NCBI GenBank assembly: GCA_963422375.2 | Contig: OY729428.2 | Coordinates: forward strand, 1,792,001-1,856,000 | Direction of reading: 5' to 3' | DNA: 64,000 nt | Origin: Bryobacterales bacterium | Lineage (GTDB): Bacteria > Acidobacteriota > Terriglobia > Bryobacterales > UBA6623 | In this document: positions 62,120 through 64,000 of the stretch, one piece after another | Numbering within the stretch: position 1 is the stretch's first letter | How the letters are laid out: every line of letters begins with the position of its first letter | Translations under genes and position numbers: made by a program | Notes under the pieces: generated by a model | Database searches by the model: none | Told to the model about the DNA's origin: nothing | What the model saw: only the letters and a program-made list of their open reading frames with translations

Positions 62120-62343
62120 CAGTCGACGAATCGCCACGGGAAGTGGCCGCAGTCGGCGTTTCGCCACGCCAGTCGACGAATCGCCACGGGAAGTGGCCGC
62201 AGTCGGCGTTTCGCCACGCCAGTCGACGAATCGCCACGGGAAGTGGCCGCAGTCGGCGTTTCGCCACGCCAGTCGACGAATCGCCACGGGAAGTGGCCGC
62301 AGTCGGCGTTTCGCCACGCCAGTCGACGAATCGCCACGGGAAG
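62120..62343. repeat. Perfect 50-bp tandem repeat, about 4.5 copies
   Basis: Unit CAGTCGACGAATCGCCACGGGAAGTGGCCGCAGTCGGCGTTTCGCCACGC starts at 62120, 62170, 62220 and 62270, with a partial copy at 62320-62343. Confidence 0.97.
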
Positions 62344-62561
62344 GGGCGGCGTCGAATTCGGCTAAGCTGGAATTTCGTTGGCGGCGCATCAGATTCGGTA
62401 TGGTCGCGATTCGACTCGGATCCAATGTCGGCCAGGACCGGCAGGCAAGCCATTCATTGCATTCACACTGCTAGGGCCCGGCCCCGCTCTGCCGCAGGTC
62501 GCCGAATCTCCAGTACCGTTCACGATGACGAGGCCATCCGCGCCCATCGTGAAAGTCTCGC

Positions 62562-64000
62562 ATGCACGGCAGGCATGAACGTCCCATAGGGCAAGCTTGG
62601 CTCAGGAGTCGGCTCGGCCTCTCTGTCCCGCTTCCTCAGACGGAATGCTATCTGGTTGCCGGCTCTCGACGAACCGAGACTGCCGGGGCGCGCACCAAGG
62701 AGTTCTATCCGCGACGGTATGGCTCGGACGATTCGGTCGTATCGCACATCAAGTTCGCATTTCGCCACGAGCCGCTGGATCTTGGTGTCTTAGCGGCTGC
62801 ATTCAAGGCATTGGATGCGGCCGAGCTTGAGGCTTGGGTGAGGGAAGAACCGTTTGGCAAGTTCAGCAGGCGCGCATGGTTTCTCTACGAGACGTTTTCC
62901 GGGATGACTCTCGATCTAGAGAACGCGCACGTCGGTGACTATGCCGATGCCTTGGACCGACGGAAACAGTTTGTCGGACCCGCCCGAAGATCCCCTCGGC
63001 ACCGGGTTGTGGACAATCTCTTGGGAGTTGCCGGTATGTGCCCCACGGTCAGGCGCACGGAGCGGCTGTCACATGCGATGAACTCGCGGGTTGACAGAGC
63101 CGCCCGGGCACTCGTCGAAGGCGTCTCTCCCGCGGTTCTCGCCAGAGCTGTCAACTTTCTGTATACCGAGGAGACTCTCTCATCTTTCGCGCTCGAGGGT
63201 GAGACTCCAAGCGCATCGCGCAGCCAGCGATTCGTCGCGGCACTCAGGGCCGCGCCCGCATTCGACCCCGCGGACAAGGCCGCGCTGACTGACCTGCAGG
63301 GAATGATCGTTGACCCCCGCTACCGGGCCGATGGCTGGCGCGACGTTCAGAACTTCGTGGGGACGACTCGTGCCGGATTCCGCGACCGCGTGGATTTCGT
63401 CTGCCCACGGCCCGCGGACGTAGCTGGCCTCATGGAGGCTTGGATGACCCTGACACGGCGCGTTGTGGACAGCGATGTCGATCCGGTCGTGGCGGCGGCT
63501 GTGGCGGCTTTCGCGTTCGTCCTGATACACCCGTTCGAGGACGGGAACGGCCGCATCCACCGATTCCTCGTCCACCACGTCTTGGCGAAGCGGAAGTTCA
63601 GCCCTCCAGGAGTCATCTTTCCCGTCTCGGCGGCGATTCTGCGCGACAGGCAAGGCTACAGCGCGGTGCTCGAATCGTTCTCTCAGGCGATCCTTCCTTT
63701 CGTCCGCTGGTACATGACACCCGAAAGGGCGGTAGTTGTCGAGAACGATACCGCCGATCTCTACCGCTATTACGACGCTACGGCATTCGCTGAGTTCTTG
63801 TATGACAAGGTTGGAGAGACAGTCAGCAAGGACTTGGAGGAGGAGATTGGTTTCATCGACGTCTTCGACCGGGCGTTCGAGTCGGCTCGCGAGATCGTTG
63901 ACATGCCGGACCGCAAGGCTTCCCTGTTCGTCCGGATTTGCATGCAGAACGGCGGGACGCTCGGTAGGAGCAAGCGGAGCAAGTTTTCCGAACTGGATGA
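62562..64000 (+). CDS. Fic-domain protein (3' partial; absent from the ORF track because it has no stop in the window)
   Basis: Hand translation from ATG 62562 gives RRAWFLYE, RHRVVDNLLG and SSFALEGE, with canonical HPFEDGNGRIHR at 63528 in the same frame. Confidence 0.9.
   Translation, partial: MHGRHERPIGQAWLRSRLGLSVPLPQTECYLVAGSRRTETAGARTKEFYPRRYGSDDSVVSHIKFAFRHEPLDLGVLAAAFKALDAAELEAWVREEPFGKFSRRAWFLYETFSGMTLDLENAHVGDYADALDRRKQFVGPARRSPRHRVVDNLLGVAGMCPTVRRTERLSHAMNSRVDRAARALVEGVSPAVLARAVNFLYTEETLSSFALEGETPSASRSQRFVAALRAAPAFDPADKAALTDLQGMIVDPRYRADGWRDVQNFVGTTRAGFRDRVDFVCPRPADVAGLMEAWMTLTRRVVDSDVDPVVAAAVAAFAFVLIHPFEDGNGRIHRFLVHHVLAKRKFSPPGVIFPVSAAILRDRQGYSAVLESFSQAILPFVRWYMTPERAVVVENDTADLYRYYDATAFAEFLYDKVGETVSKDLEEEIGFIDVFDRAFESAREIVDMPDRKASLFVRICMQNGGTLGRSKRSKFSELD

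Noticed and set aside
62120..62343. CRISPR array
   Set aside because: The units are identical end to end with no unique spacers, and no cas genes are present.
62085..62453. N-terminal 123-aa extension of the ATPase in the ORF track
   Set aside because: It is mostly translated tandem repeat with no domain features. It is kept only as a hypothesis in the VNTR finding.

Overview
High-GC bacterial window with no rRNA, tRNA or CRISPR array detected. Gene content (DUF1549/DUF1553 and DUF1501 proteins, several sulfatases, PQQ-type beta-propellers, tricorn protease) suggests Acidobacteriota or a Planctomycete-like organism; this is inference only. Housekeeping-type genes: a complete mrpABCDEFG antiporter operon, a cobA/hemD fusion, metH, a tricorn protease, an SDR, an MFS transporter and two glycosyltransferases. 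Between 8.3 and 16.3 kb lie three decayed IS elements (IS1595, IS30, truncated IS1380) and a sulfatase pseudogene. The ISs share two decay signatures: apparent T>C/A>G substitutions and exact 8-16 bp tandem duplications. The strongest candidate for a poorly described system is a tight four-gene operon at 56.5-62.1 kb: a P1B-type metal ATPase fused to a C-terminal HflK/SPFH domain, an HflC with a His-rich N-terminal tail, a second HflK and a small membrane-anchored protein. No FtsH is present in the window. A 4.5-copy perfect 50-bp tandem repeat sits just upstream, and a Fic-family gene is transcribed divergently. Other unusual architectures are a cNMP-binding/acyltransferase fusion, a cytochrome c/helix-hairpin-helix fusion beside paired beta-propellers, and a small 9-Cys protein. 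All family calls come from motif recognition by eye, not database searches.
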